52,699 nucleotides of DNA from Alphaproteobacteria bacterium (GTDB lineage Bacteria > Pseudomonadota > Alphaproteobacteria > Rhodospirillales > 2-02-FULL-58-16): NCBI GenBank assembly GCA_024278615.1, contig JAJRSS010000014.1, positions 1 through 52,699 on the forward strand. The letters run 5' to 3'. Of the stretch, positions 19,481 to 28,823 are shown in pieces. The notes beneath the pieces are model-generated. The model did not search any database, was not told the DNA's origin, and was given only the letters and a program-made list of their open reading frames with translations. The translations under genes were made by a program, and so were the position numbers. The number at the start of each line of letters is the position of its first letter. Position 1 is the stretch's first letter.

Positions 19481-19590
19481 GTGTCCGTAGCACATGATTT
19501 GACCGGGTGATGTAGCACACGAGTTGACCGATTCTGGAACGGTTCTCAAGGAGGGACCGTTTATGGATCGGACGACAGTGTTGCAAGAGG
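19481..19590 (+). mobile_element. IS left-end fragment, copy A (about 110 bp)
   Basis: Near-identical to 27954..28063 and 28824..28933 (GTGTCCGTAGCACATGATTTGACCGGGTGATGTAGCACACGAGTTGACCG...). Similarity stops abruptly at 19590/19591. Confidence 0.75.
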
Positions 19591-19768
19591 TGAACCGCGC
19601 CGGGTTTGCCGCAGGCTCCAACTCTTAAGAGGATGGAGCCATGATAAAGAACGCATCGGCAACATTCAACCTGCCGAAGCAGAGGCGGTCTACTATGCGC
19701 AGATCAATGAGCCCGCTATGGTAGCCTGACTCGAACCAAACAGCCGCCGGCAAACCCGGCGCGGTTCA
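19591..19768. mobile_element. 178-bp MITE-like element with perfect 21-bp terminal inverted repeats
   Basis: TGAACCGCGCCGGGTTTGCCG at 19591-19611 is the exact reverse complement of CGGCAAACCCGGCGCGGTTCA at 19748-19768. The TG...CA termini resemble IS3-family ends, and there is no coding capacity. Confidence 0.55.
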
Positions 19769-19774
19769 GACTAT

Positions 19775-21577
19775 TTATTGATCGAAATCACGCACGAAAT
19801 GACCACCGCCCACATCTCGGATTTTACGTTCTATGGGGACATAATTAAGCGGGCGTATGGGGCTGGGGACATCCCCTGTCTCCAATTTCCGGTCGCGTCT
19901 GACTATGGTCGGATCGGCAATGGGTACCGAGTCGAGCAGGCGTTGGGTATAGGGATGCTGAGGATTATTAAACACGAGGTTTCTCGGGCCGCATTCGACA
20001 ATCTCGCCAAGCAGCATCACGGCAACGCGGTGGCAAATCTGCTCAACGACGGCCATATCGTGAGAAATGAATAAATATGAGAGCCCCAGTTCGTCTTGAA
20101 GTTCCTGCATCAATTCAAGAACTTGCGCCTGAACAGATACATCCAGCGCCGACACGGATTCATCTGCGATAATCACATTTGGCCCCAGGCTAAGAGCGCG
20201 CGCAATGCATATACGCTGTCGTTGACCGCCGGAAAACTCATGCGGATAGCGTTTAATGGCGTCCGGCGACAGGTCGACCCGATGCAACAGTTCCGCGACC
20301 CGTTCTTGCAACTCCGCACCTGTAGCGAGGTTGTGAATTTCCAGAGGTTCGCCAATCAGATCACCAACGCGCATCCGCGGATTGAGGGCCGCAGAAGGGT
20401 CCTGGAAAATCATCTGGACATTCCGCCGAATTGTTTTCATTTCGGAATACGACATACCGCCGGTGCTTAGCCCGTTTATGGTAATGTCGCCGTTCCACGG
20501 GATGAGGCTTATCAGTGATTTCCCAATGGTCGATTTGCCGCAGCCACTTTCACCCACAAGCGCCAATGTCTCACCGCAAAACAGATCAAATGACACGTTC
20601 TCAACGGCATGTACGCGCTGTATCGGGCGTTGCAGCAACCCGTCCTTGATATCGAACCGGACAGTCAAGTTATGAACCTCGACCACAGGCGGGGCGGAAC
20701 CGTTCGCACCTGGAACGTATTTAATCGTTATCGGTTTGTCCTTCATGCTGCCCAGCTTAGGAACAGCAGCAAGAAGGGCCTTGGTGTAGGTCTCCTCTGG
20801 TTGTTGGAAAAGGTCGATTACCGGTTGAGATTCAACGATTTTCCCTTCATGCATGATGATTACCCGGTCGGCCATCTCGGCCACCACGCCCATATCGTGG
20901 GTAATCAAAATGATCGCCGTATTGAAATCTCGTTTCAGGTCATTCATCAGCATCAGCGTCTGCGCCTGGATAGTCACATCCAACGCTGTCGTCGGCTCAT
21001 CAGCGATAAGAATCCCGGGATTACACGAAAGCGCCATGGCGATCATCACACGTTGGCGCATGCCGCCGGAAAGCTCATGGGGATATTGTTTCATGCGCCG
21101 TGGGCTTTCGGACATGCGGACGGCGTCGAGCGAGGAGATGGCAATCTTTCGAGCGGCGTCACCAAATATCTTTTGATGTGTGCTAATCGCTTCGACCAAC
21201 TGACGGCCAATGGTCATTACAGGGTTAAGCGACGTCATGGGCTCCTGAAAGATCATGGCGATTTCTCCGCCACGGATCGACTGCATCTGGTAATCGGATA
21301 AGGTCAGCAGGTCTGATTGGCCAAGCAGGATTTTGCCCTGGGTGATACGAGCGTTGGCGGGCAAAAGTGCCATGATCGAAAGCGCCGTCACCGACTTACC
21401 CGATCCTGATTCTCCGGCGATGCACAGGGTCTCTTCAGGCCGTAGTTGAAACGATACGTCGTCAATGATCGTTTTCGCACCGGTAGGCGTCGCAACCTGG
21501 GTTGTCAGATTGCGAACATCTAGCACGACCGCTTTAGGTGTATCAGTGGGCAGGCCCGTCATTGTCTTCCTCTGCAC
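19775..21577 (-). CDS. Fused double ABC ATPase of a Dpp/Opp-type importer
   Basis: 600-aa ORF with two complete ABC cassettes (GESGSGKS...LSGGMRQRV...ADEPTTALD and GESGCGKS...FSGGQRQRI...ADESVSALD). Confidence 0.92.
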   Translation of the reverse strand: MQRKTMTGLPTDTPKAVVLDVRNLTTQVATPTGAKTIIDDVSFQLRPEETLCIAGESGSGKSVTALSIMALLPANARITQGKILLGQSDLLTLSDYQMQSIRGGEIAMIFQEPMTSLNPVMTIGRQLVEAISTHQKIFGDAARKIAISSLDAVRMSESPRRMKQYPHELSGGMRQRVMIAMALSCNPGILIADEPTTALDVTIQAQTLMLMNDLKRDFNTAIILITHDMGVVAEMADRVIIMHEGKIVESQPVIDLFQQPEETYTKALLAAVPKLGSMKDKPITIKYVPGANGSAPPVVEVHNLTVRFDIKDGLLQRPIQRVHAVENVSFDLFCGETLALVGESGCGKSTIGKSLISLIPWNGDITINGLSTGGMSYSEMKTIRRNVQMIFQDPSAALNPRMRVGDLIGEPLEIHNLATGAELQERVAELLHRVDLSPDAIKRYPHEFSGGQRQRICIARALSLGPNVIIADESVSALDVSVQAQVLELMQELQDELGLSYLFISHDMAVVEQICHRVAVMLLGEIVECGPRNLVFNNPQHPYTQRLLDSVPIADPTIVRRDRKLETGDVPSPIRPLNYVPIERKIRDVGGGHFVRDFDQ

Positions 21578-21600
21578 TTCAACGGTAACCCACTATGCGA

Positions 21601-22545
21601 CTAATCCAGGACTAGACGCGGGAAGTAGAAAGAGACAATCCAGTTCGGTTGGTCAACAATTTCGCTGATCCGCAGATCACCACAAGCGGAACAAAGCATA
21701 TAGGCGTCAACGGGTGACATGCCGTGCCGGCTGGCCAACATATCGACCATCCGGCTAACCGCGCCGCGCGCACCATCCATAAGGTCTTCGCCAATACCCG
21801 TCGTCGCCTCATACCCTTTTTTATCCAAATGGCGGGTCACTGGTCCGGGTGTTGTGAACCTTGGTGTTTCCAAGGGTTCATTCTTGACCAGATCAAGCGT
21901 GACGGTTGCGTTCATTGGGCTTTCGATGGCGGTGCCGCAAACCTCACCATCGCCTTGCGCGGCATGGGTGTCGCCAATAGAGAACAGACCTCCAGCCACC
22001 TCGACAGGTAGATACAGCTCCGTACCGGCTGCTAAATCGCGGATATCCATGTTGCCGCCGACGCGCCGTGGCGGAACAATCGAATGTAGTCCTGGTTCCG
22101 CCAGCGCCAGACCAATGGTACCCGCAAACGGATTTAGGGGAACCCGTCCACCAGGGCCATATGCGGCGGGCGCCAGACTGCCTTTGTCATACTTCCATAC
22201 ATGCAGAGCAGGCTCTTCGAACTGGTCCGCCAACAGCCCGAAACCAGGAATGTTGGCGGTCCATCCGAACCCGGACGGATTGAACCCTTCAATCGTCAGT
22301 TTAATGACGTCACCGGGCTCAGCCCCATCAACATAGATGGGTCCACTGACCGGGTTGATCCTGCCGAAATCGAGATTTTTTACATCTTCAACGGTGGAAC
22401 CTTGCGAAAGCTGGCCCGCCGATGAATCCTGACATTCGAACTCAATTGTACTTCCCGGTGCAACAGTGGCAACGGGTGGGATCGAATGATCCCACCCGAA
22501 GTGATGCTGTGCGCCGTGAATCGTATAATCACTAGCGTTGCACAT
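21601..22545 (-). CDS. Acetamidase/formamidase family amidase (FmdA/AmdA type)
   Basis: 314-aa ORF. The pattern GPIYVDGAEPGD...GGNMDIRDL...GDTHAAQGDGEVCGTAIE is typical of the FmdA_AmdA family. Confidence 0.88.
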   Translation of the reverse strand: MCNASDYTIHGAQHHFGWDHSIPPVATVAPGSTIEFECQDSSAGQLSQGSTVEDVKNLDFGRINPVSGPIYVDGAEPGDVIKLTIEGFNPSGFGWTANIPGFGLLADQFEEPALHVWKYDKGSLAPAAYGPGGRVPLNPFAGTIGLALAEPGLHSIVPPRRVGGNMDIRDLAAGTELYLPVEVAGGLFSIGDTHAAQGDGEVCGTAIESPMNATVTLDLVKNEPLETPRFTTPGPVTRHLDKKGYEATTGIGEDLMDGARGAVSRMVDMLASRHGMSPVDAYMLCSACGDLRISEIVDQPNWIVSFYFPRLVLD

Positions 22546-22550
22546 ATTCC

Positions 22551-24164
22551 CTATTGCCCTTCCTTTATAAAGACTTGGTCGTAATGGACCGGAATATGGA
22601 CCGGATCAACAAAGATCCCATCCGGACCGTCGAGCCGATCACTACGCATTGTAAAACGCTGTTCGTTGAAGATCGGAACCCACGGCGCTTCATCCTGAAT
22701 GTCCGTGAAGATACTGCGCCATGCAGCCATACGTTTCTCCGCATCAGCCGGATCAGTCATGGAATCTGCCGCGATAGCACGCTTCTCAATGCTCTCGTTA
22801 CAGTACCATGACCAGTTCCAGCCGCCCGGCACCGCACCGCCACAGCCCAGAATCGGTCCATAGAAGTTGGACGGATCTGGAAAATCCGCGATCCAGGCCA
22901 TGCCACCAGACCAGATCATAGGAGCCTGGTCGACCTCACCACCTGCGGCGATGACGTTCCCTTGGGCGAGCGACTTGATACCAGCCTTGATACCGATGGC
23001 TGCAAGGTCCTGTTGAATCGCCTGAGCGATACGCGGCTGAGGATCGGTATTCGCCACATAGAGTTCGGTCTCAAATCCATCCCCAAAACCGGCTTCAGCC
23101 AGCAACTTTTTGGCTGCGTCGGGGTTGTAAGATAAGCCTTTGTAATCTGGATCATAACCCGGCATCAACGGCGGGAGGGGTTGATTGGCGGAAACCGCGC
23201 GGCCGTTGATAATCCGCACAATACGATCCTTGTTGATAGCCATGTTGACGGCCTGGCGAACTTTCAGGTTATCAAACGGCTTCATCTTTACGTTAAGCGC
23301 GATGTAGCCGGTATGAAGCTGGCTTCCTTCGACAATTGCACCAGCATACTTCGGGTCATTCTTGACCTCGAGGAATTTTGCCGGTGGTATTCCATCTCCA
23401 GCAATATCCACTTCGCCATTCTGAAGCCGTAGCAGAGCGACAATCGGTTCTTGTCCAACCTCGAAGGTAATCTGGTCAAGCTTCGGAATACCCGCATGGT
23501 AATAGTTCTGGTTTTTCTTAAAAACAAGACGCTGGCCGAGCGTCCATTCGTCCAGGTAAAACGCGCCTGTTCCTACGGGATGCTTGCCAAAATCCTCGCC
23601 CCATTTTTCCACGGCTTCACGCGGAACAACGGAAGCAAAATTGATGGCGACCACGTGGAGAAACGTTGCGTCGGGCCGCGACAGTTCGATTTGTACTGTA
23701 TAATCGTCAACGACGGAGACACCGGACAGACTTCCACTGCCACTTGATGCATCGTCAAACCCTTTGACCGAGGCAAAGAATCCGGCGCCCGGGCTTTGAG
23801 TTTTTGGGTTTGTAACGCGGTCGAGTGAGTACTTTACGTCCGCCGCGGTCATGGTTCGACCATTGTGAAACTTGACCCCTTTACGCAGATTAAAAGTGTA
23901 GATCAGACCGTCGTCGGAAATTGTGTAGCTTTCAGCCAAATCCGGCGTCAGTTCCGTTGTGCCGGGTTTATAGTCAAGTAACGAGTCAAACAGACTCTTA
24001 ATCATGGACCAGTTCTGCCAATCGTATCCGATGGCTGGATCCAGCGTCGATACGTCATCCTTGTAGGTAACGGTCATATTTGAGGCCGCGTTAGCGGTGC
24101 CCATTGCAGCAAGCATTGCCGCCGCTACAATACTTTTTCGTAACCAGGAATATTTCACTTTCAT
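22551..24164 (-). CDS. ABC transporter substrate-binding protein, family 5 (peptide/opine/nickel type)
   Basis: The start was reset to the ATG at 24164 (MKVKYSWLRKSIVAAAMLAAMGTANA signal peptide), preceded by GGAGG. The length is 537 aa, with family-5 SBP features. Confidence 0.88.
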   Translation of the reverse strand: MKVKYSWLRKSIVAAAMLAAMGTANAASNMTVTYKDDVSTLDPAIGYDWQNWSMIKSLFDSLLDYKPGTTELTPDLAESYTISDDGLIYTFNLRKGVKFHNGRTMTAADVKYSLDRVTNPKTQSPGAGFFASVKGFDDASSGSGSLSGVSVVDDYTVQIELSRPDATFLHVVAINFASVVPREAVEKWGEDFGKHPVGTGAFYLDEWTLGQRLVFKKNQNYYHAGIPKLDQITFEVGQEPIVALLRLQNGEVDIAGDGIPPAKFLEVKNDPKYAGAIVEGSQLHTGYIALNVKMKPFDNLKVRQAVNMAINKDRIVRIINGRAVSANQPLPPLMPGYDPDYKGLSYNPDAAKKLLAEAGFGDGFETELYVANTDPQPRIAQAIQQDLAAIGIKAGIKSLAQGNVIAAGGEVDQAPMIWSGGMAWIADFPDPSNFYGPILGCGGAVPGGWNWSWYCNESIEKRAIAADSMTDPADAEKRMAAWRSIFTDIQDEAPWVPIFNEQRFTMRSDRLDGPDGIFVDPVHIPVHYDQVFIKEGQ

Positions 24165-24215
24165 TCCTCCCTTGCTATGAATGATCTTCCGGCGACCCGT
24201 GGCGTCACCGCTCAT

Positions 24216-25136
24216 TCATCTCAGTTTAATTCTGGGGTCCACGAACAATGCGACAATATCTGCCACAAGATTTCCCAGAACAATTGAGCAGGCAGCAACG
24301 AGCGTCACCCCCATGATGATGGGAATGTCGACCCGTTGGATCGCCTGCCAGGCAAGCTGGCCGATTCCCGGCCAGCCAAATACGGATTCAACGACAACGA
24401 TACCGCTCATAAAAATACCGATATCGATACCGATCATGGCAATAATTGGTAAGAGTGCGTTTGGCACCGCATGGCGCAAAATAACTCGGGCCTTGCTCAG
24501 ACCCTTGGCTCGCGCTGTCCGTATGAAATCCTGTTCCAACACGTTGAGCATGGACGATCGCATCATACGCGAATACCAGCCCGCCCCCAAGAATCCCAAA
24601 GTGAGTGCCGGCAACACGAGATGACTGAAGGTGCCATATCCGCCAATGGGGAACCATCCGAGCAATACGGCAAAAACGTAAAGTAACAGGATTCCCACAA
24701 CAAATTGTGGGGCCGAAACGCCGATAAACGACACCACCATGAGGACCTGATCTGTCGCCGAATTGCGTCGCACGGCCGAAATGACACCCATGGTCAAGCC
24801 AAGTATCAGTTCGGCAGCAATCGCTCCCACCATCAACAATAGACTGGCTGGCAATCGTGAGCGGATTAGCTCGACAACTTCGGTTTTCTGAATATAAGAC
24901 CGGCCGAAATTACCCTGAACCAACGCCGACAGATAATTCCAGTACTGCTCATAGAACGGCAGGTGGAGACCCAGTTGGCGGCGAATGTTCTCAACTGTCT
25001 CCGCCGTGGCGCTTCTTCCGGCGATCTGCCTGACCGGGTCTGCTGGCACGAGGTAGAGCAGAACGTATGTGACGAACGTAATTCCGATCAGAATCAACAG
25101 TGCCTCGAATACTCTGCGACAAATATACGTTGTCAT
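24216..25136 (-). CDS. ABC transporter permease (DppB/OppB-like)
   Basis: The start was reset to the ATG at 25136 (MTTYICRRVFEALLILIGITFVTY...), giving 306 aa. It overlaps the upstream stop by 1 nt (TGATG). Confidence 0.9.
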   Translation of the reverse strand: MTTYICRRVFEALLILIGITFVTYVLLYLVPADPVRQIAGRSATAETVENIRRQLGLHLPFYEQYWNYLSALVQGNFGRSYIQKTEVVELIRSRLPASLLLMVGAIAAELILGLTMGVISAVRRNSATDQVLMVVSFIGVSAPQFVVGILLLYVFAVLLGWFPIGGYGTFSHLVLPALTLGFLGAGWYSRMMRSSMLNVLEQDFIRTARAKGLSKARVILRHAVPNALLPIIAMIGIDIGIFMSGIVVVESVFGWPGIGQLAWQAIQRVDIPIIMGVTLVAACSIVLGNLVADIVALFVDPRIKLR

Positions 25137-25984
25137 CAGTGCCTCCCCTTCATCGTGGGGTCGAGGATTTCGCGCAGGGCGTCTCCCATCAGATTGAAAC
25201 CGAGCGCCAGACTGACGATGGCAAACCCGGGGAAGAAGACCAGCCATGGGGCGCTGGCAAAGTACGTCTGGTTCTCGAAAATAATGTTCCCCCAACTGGG
25301 TATCGGGGGCTGAACGCCAATGCCGAGATAGCTGAGCGTTGCCTCAAGCAGCACCGTCGTGGAAATGCCCAGCGTCCCAAAAACGATGATCGACGGCACC
25401 AAATGTGGCGTGATATGGCGAATCAGTATCCGTGATCGCGAAGCACCTAACCCGCGCTCTGCATCAATGAAATCTCGTTCTGCCAGTGATACGGTTTCGC
25501 TGTAAATCACGCGGGCCACCTGGACCCAGTTAACCATGGCAATAACCAGGGCAACGATCCATAGGCTCGGCTTGAAAATAGCCGCCAGCACGATGGCTAG
25601 CAACAAAGCCGGAAACGCCATCATCAGGTCGGTAAACCGCATCAGCACTGCGCCAACGATGCCACGCAGCATGCCCGCGGTAACTCCCAGAACGCTGCCA
25701 ATCAATACAGCGACACCGTTGGCGGCGACACCGATAATCAACGACGTCTGTGCGCCATAAATCAGTCGCGAAAGCACATCACGCCCGAGCAGATCAGTGC
25801 CGAGCCAGAACTGGCTATTCGGTGGCAATGGCGCACCTTGAAGGGTGAGTCCCTCAAACAATTGCAGGTCCGGTGCATAGGGTGTGATCCAGGGTGCAAG
25901 AATGGCGACGACCACGGTGAAGCTGACCGTCATCAGGCCAAACAGCCCCAGTTTCCTCGCAAGCAGCTCCCGCAGAATGTTCAT
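25136..25984 (-). CDS. ABC transporter permease (DppC/OppC-like)
   Basis: 282-aa ORF with a typical DppC N-terminus and the EAA-loop region ERDFIDAERGLGASRSRILIRHITPH. Confidence 0.9.
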   Translation of the reverse strand: MNILRELLARKLGLFGLMTVSFTVVVAILAPWITPYAPDLQLFEGLTLQGAPLPPNSQFWLGTDLLGRDVLSRLIYGAQTSLIIGVAANGVAVLIGSVLGVTAGMLRGIVGAVLMRFTDLMMAFPALLLAIVLAAIFKPSLWIVALVIAMVNWVQVARVIYSETVSLAERDFIDAERGLGASRSRILIRHITPHLVPSIIVFGTLGISTTVLLEATLSYLGIGVQPPIPSWGNIIFENQTYFASAPWLVFFPGFAIVSLALGFNLMGDALREILDPTMKGRH

Positions 25985-26598
25985 TGCATTCCCTTTTTAT
26001 CGGGAGCGGTCTTAGCGCATAGCATTCGGGCAGTCTGCTCGTCGAAGTGCGTGCAAAAATTCTCAATGGATTGGCGCTTGTTCATGGCAGCCGAGCGAAG
26101 CATGGCAAAGGCTTCGTCATCCCTGACTTCTGCTTGTTCCATGATCATCAGGAGGGCACGAAACACGGCGGGTCGTTGGGTAACGCGGGTTTCCAGAGCG
26201 CGAAGTTGATCTTGCAGCACCGTGCGGCGCTCGAAATTCGAGAATGCGATGACCAACGTGCTATAAACACCGCTGGATTGGATTGGCTTGACCATATGGG
26301 CCGACGTTTCCTGGGATAAAATCCATTCCAACCTGCCCGGTGCCTCAGTAGAAATCAGGGCAATCAGCGGTACGGGAGGGAAGCCCTTGGGCCAGGGAAA
26401 AATTCCGTCATATCCGTTGTCCCCATCATAAAATACGACATCCGCGGGACTTGCGCCCAAGTCGAACTCCGGCCAGATCACGTTGCTCTCCATACCAAGA
26501 AGATCAAGTTGGCGCTCAAGGCGACGGATATTGTCATCCTTGCGGTGCAGGATAGCGGCCTTCCGTTCGAGGAAGTTGGTTGTATGAACGGTGGTCAT
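25981..26598 (-). CDS. amiR: AmiR-like ANTAR-domain transcription antiterminator
   Basis: 205-aa ORF. It aligns by eye with P. aeruginosa AmiR: a pseudo-receiver (DVVFYDGD..., LIALISTEAP...HMVKPIQ) and a C-terminal ANTAR helix region (RALLMIMEQAEVRDDEAFAMLRSAAMNKRQSI). Confidence 0.82.
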   Translation of the reverse strand: MTTVHTTNFLERKAAILHRKDDNIRRLERQLDLLGMESNVIWPEFDLGASPADVVFYDGDNGYDGIFPWPKGFPPVPLIALISTEAPGRLEWILSQETSAHMVKPIQSSGVYSTLVIAFSNFERRTVLQDQLRALETRVTQRPAVFRALLMIMEQAEVRDDEAFAMLRSAAMNKRQSIENFCTHFDEQTARMLCAKTAPDKKGMQ

Positions 26599-27791
26599 TT
26601 GATCACCTTCAGATGGGGCAACGACTGTCGTTGCTCGATCGCTGCGATATCTGCGGCAAACTGCACTGCGTTGAAATTTGCTAGATAGGGATCGGCCTCT
26701 GTTGTGGTCTGTTTTGCTGAAAGAACATCAAATCCGTTAGCGGAACATATTTGGCCTAGGTAGGAAGGCAATGCCGCATGGTTGGTCCGCGAACTGATAC
26801 GGGTTGGCCCGAGAGGTGGTTCGAAATCCCTATCGAACAAGGCAGCCTTGACCATCTCGATGTCATCGGATCCACAAGCCCGGATGGCGTCCGCCAAATA
26901 GTAGGCCGTGACATAACCATTAACGAAAAAGACGGATACCGGGAGTGGAGGATCTCCACGATCGCCCAGGGAAGCCAGAAATTCTTTATTGTCTTTCGTT
27001 TCGAGGTTTTCGAAATAAGGCGCGGTGCTCAGATGCCCCCGCGCTGCATCGTAGCCGATTTTATCGAGCTCACATTCTGTAAGATTGCAGCTGACAATGG
27101 GACAGTTGTCAGGGTGAAAGAACGAGTCCGTCTTTCCAGCTGAAAAATATGCCCGGAAAAAAGCGTAGCTGGAGGCCCCGATCAGGTTATTCAGTACAAA
27201 ACTCGGGCGTGTCTCGCGAATGGTATCGATCATCCGTTCCACGTCCGTCGAATGAAACGGGAGGTAGTGCTCACCGGTAACATCGCCACCGCACGCCGTG
27301 ATCAGTTCACGGGCGATCCGATTAACTTCCCATCCCCAAACATAGTTGGTGCCAATCAAATAGGCCTGCTTGCCGAATTTGGGGATAACCTCGCCAAATA
27401 GCGGAACGATATGCTGATTTGGGCACGCGCCGGTATAGATGACATTTTCGCAGCACTCGAATCCCTCATAGGGCGCGACGTACCACAGCAGAACATCATG
27501 CTTCTCGATGATGGGAATGATTTCTTTGCGGCTGATCGATGTGACCGTGCCAATAATCTGGCGGCACCGGCCACCCTGCAGAATCGATTCCGTCAGGCGC
27601 TGATACTCATCAATGTTTCCACCGGGATTCTCGATCTTGGGGACCAGGCTAAAGTCGTACGCATCGTCTGCATTGATTTCCTCAAGCGCCTTGAGAGCGC
27701 CGTCCAGACAGTCGTGTCCGATAACGCCGTATGTTCCGGTCGTCGAGTAAAGCAAGCCAACGGGAATATTGGAACTCATATTACAGCCCAT
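26595..27791 (-). CDS. amiC: AmiC-like cytoplasmic amide-binding negative regulator (periplasmic-binding-protein fold, no signal peptide)
   Basis: 398-aa ORF. It aligns by eye with P. aeruginosa AmiC (IPVGLLYSTTGTYG, LLWYVAPYEGFECCENVIYTGACPNQ, YLIGTNYVWGWE). An alternative ATG lies at 27779. Confidence 0.82.
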   Translation of the reverse strand: MGCNMSSNIPVGLLYSTTGTYGVIGHDCLDGALKALEEINADDAYDFSLVPKIENPGGNIDEYQRLTESILQGGRCRQIIGTVTSISRKEIIPIIEKHDVLLWYVAPYEGFECCENVIYTGACPNQHIVPLFGEVIPKFGKQAYLIGTNYVWGWEVNRIARELITACGGDVTGEHYLPFHSTDVERMIDTIRETRPSFVLNNLIGASSYAFFRAYFSAGKTDSFFHPDNCPIVSCNLTECELDKIGYDAARGHLSTAPYFENLETKDNKEFLASLGDRGDPPLPVSVFFVNGYVTAYYLADAIRACGSDDIEMVKAALFDRDFEPPLGPTRISSRTNHAALPSYLGQICSANGFDVLSAKQTTTEADPYLANFNAVQFAADIAAIEQRQSLPHLKVIK

Positions 27792-27798
27792 TCCAAAT

Positions 27799-27846
27799 AA
27801 AAAAACCCCGCGATCCGTACCGTGTATACGGTACTAATCGGCGGGG
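27799..27846 (-). terminator. Intrinsic terminator in the amiC leader (candidate AmiR-controlled attenuator)
   Basis: The minus strand reads CCCCGCCGATTAGTACCGTATACACGGTACGGATCGCGGGG followed by TTTTTTT, ending about 8-20 nt before the amiC start codons. Confidence 0.6.
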
Positions 27847-27857
27847 CTTCATTGCCC

Positions 27858-27876
27858 ACACGGTACAGAGCCGTGT
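27858..27876 (-). promoter_or_regulatory. Upstream leader hairpin whose 3' arm can alternatively pair with the terminator (antiterminator candidate)
   Basis: The minus strand reads ACACGG-CTCTGTA-CCGTGT. The extended segment GTACCGTGT is the exact complement of ACACGGTAC in the 3' half of the terminator's inner stem. Confidence 0.45.
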
Positions 27877-27953
27877 TCGAATTCTATGCGGAAAAAGATT
27901 TCCGGCGCCAGCGTTACAGAATCCGGTAACAGAGTCAATTCTGACAAAAAAAA

Positions 27954-28823
27954 GTGTCCACAGCACATGATTTGACCGGGTGATGTAGCACACGAGTTGA
28001 CCGATTCTGGAACGGTTCTCAAGGAGGGACCGTTTATGGATCGGACGACAGTGTTGCAAGAGGTACGGATCATGAGGTTTGAGGATATCTACGGGCGGTT
28101 TGAGAAGGGCCGTCTGGGTTGCGAGGAGGCATCGGAGCTTTTGGGAATATCGGTCAGCAGCTTCCGGCGTTGGCGCCGGCGCTTTGATGCGGAAGGGGTG
28201 AAGGGCCTGGCTGACCGCCGGCTCGGCAAGGTGTCGTCCCGGCGTGCTCCGGTGGACGAGGTTGCCGAGGTTCTGGGGCTGTTCGAGAGCCGGTACTGGG
28301 ACTTCACGGTGAAGCATTTCCACGAGAAGCTGAAGGACAAGCACGGGATTGAACGGAGCTACACCTGGACCAAGAACACGCTCCAGGCGGCGGGCAAGGT
28401 AGCCAAGGCGCCGCGCCGGGGCGCCCACCGGCGCAAGCGGCCGCGTCGTCCATTGCCCGGCATGATGCTGCACCAGGACGGCTCGATGCACCAGTGGGTT
28501 CCCGGGCAGTGGTGGGACCTGATCGTCACCATGGACGACGCCACGTCCGATCTCTACTCGGCCTTCTTCGTCGAGGAGGAAGGGACCGCGAGCACGTTCG
28601 AGGCGCTTTCCGAGGTGATCGAGGCCAAGGGCCTGTTCTGCGCCCTCTACGCCGACCGGGGCAGCCACTACTGGCACACGCCCGAGGTTGGCGGCAAGGT
28701 GGACCGGGACAACCCGACCCAGGTGGGCCGGGCGCTGATCCAGCTCGGCATCGAGCTGATCCCGGCCTACTCGCCGGAGGCCCGGGGGCGCTCCGAGCGC
28801 ATGTTCGGCACCCTGCAAAAACG
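27954..28823 (+). mobile_element. IS copy B: left end plus 5' two-thirds of the transposase gene, truncated
   Basis: It shares the ~110-bp left end with copies A and C. Two subterminal direct repeats are present (GTAGCACATGATTTGACCG / GTAGCACACGAGTTGACCG). It is cut off where copy C begins. Confidence 0.75.

Noticed and set aside
17238-19800. Search for a direct repeat of the tRNA-Ser 3' half (att-type repeat) at the left side of the accessory region.
   Set aside because: Only a 7-nt chance match (GGGGGAT at about 17671) was seen by eye. A computational search is needed before claiming or excluding an att site.
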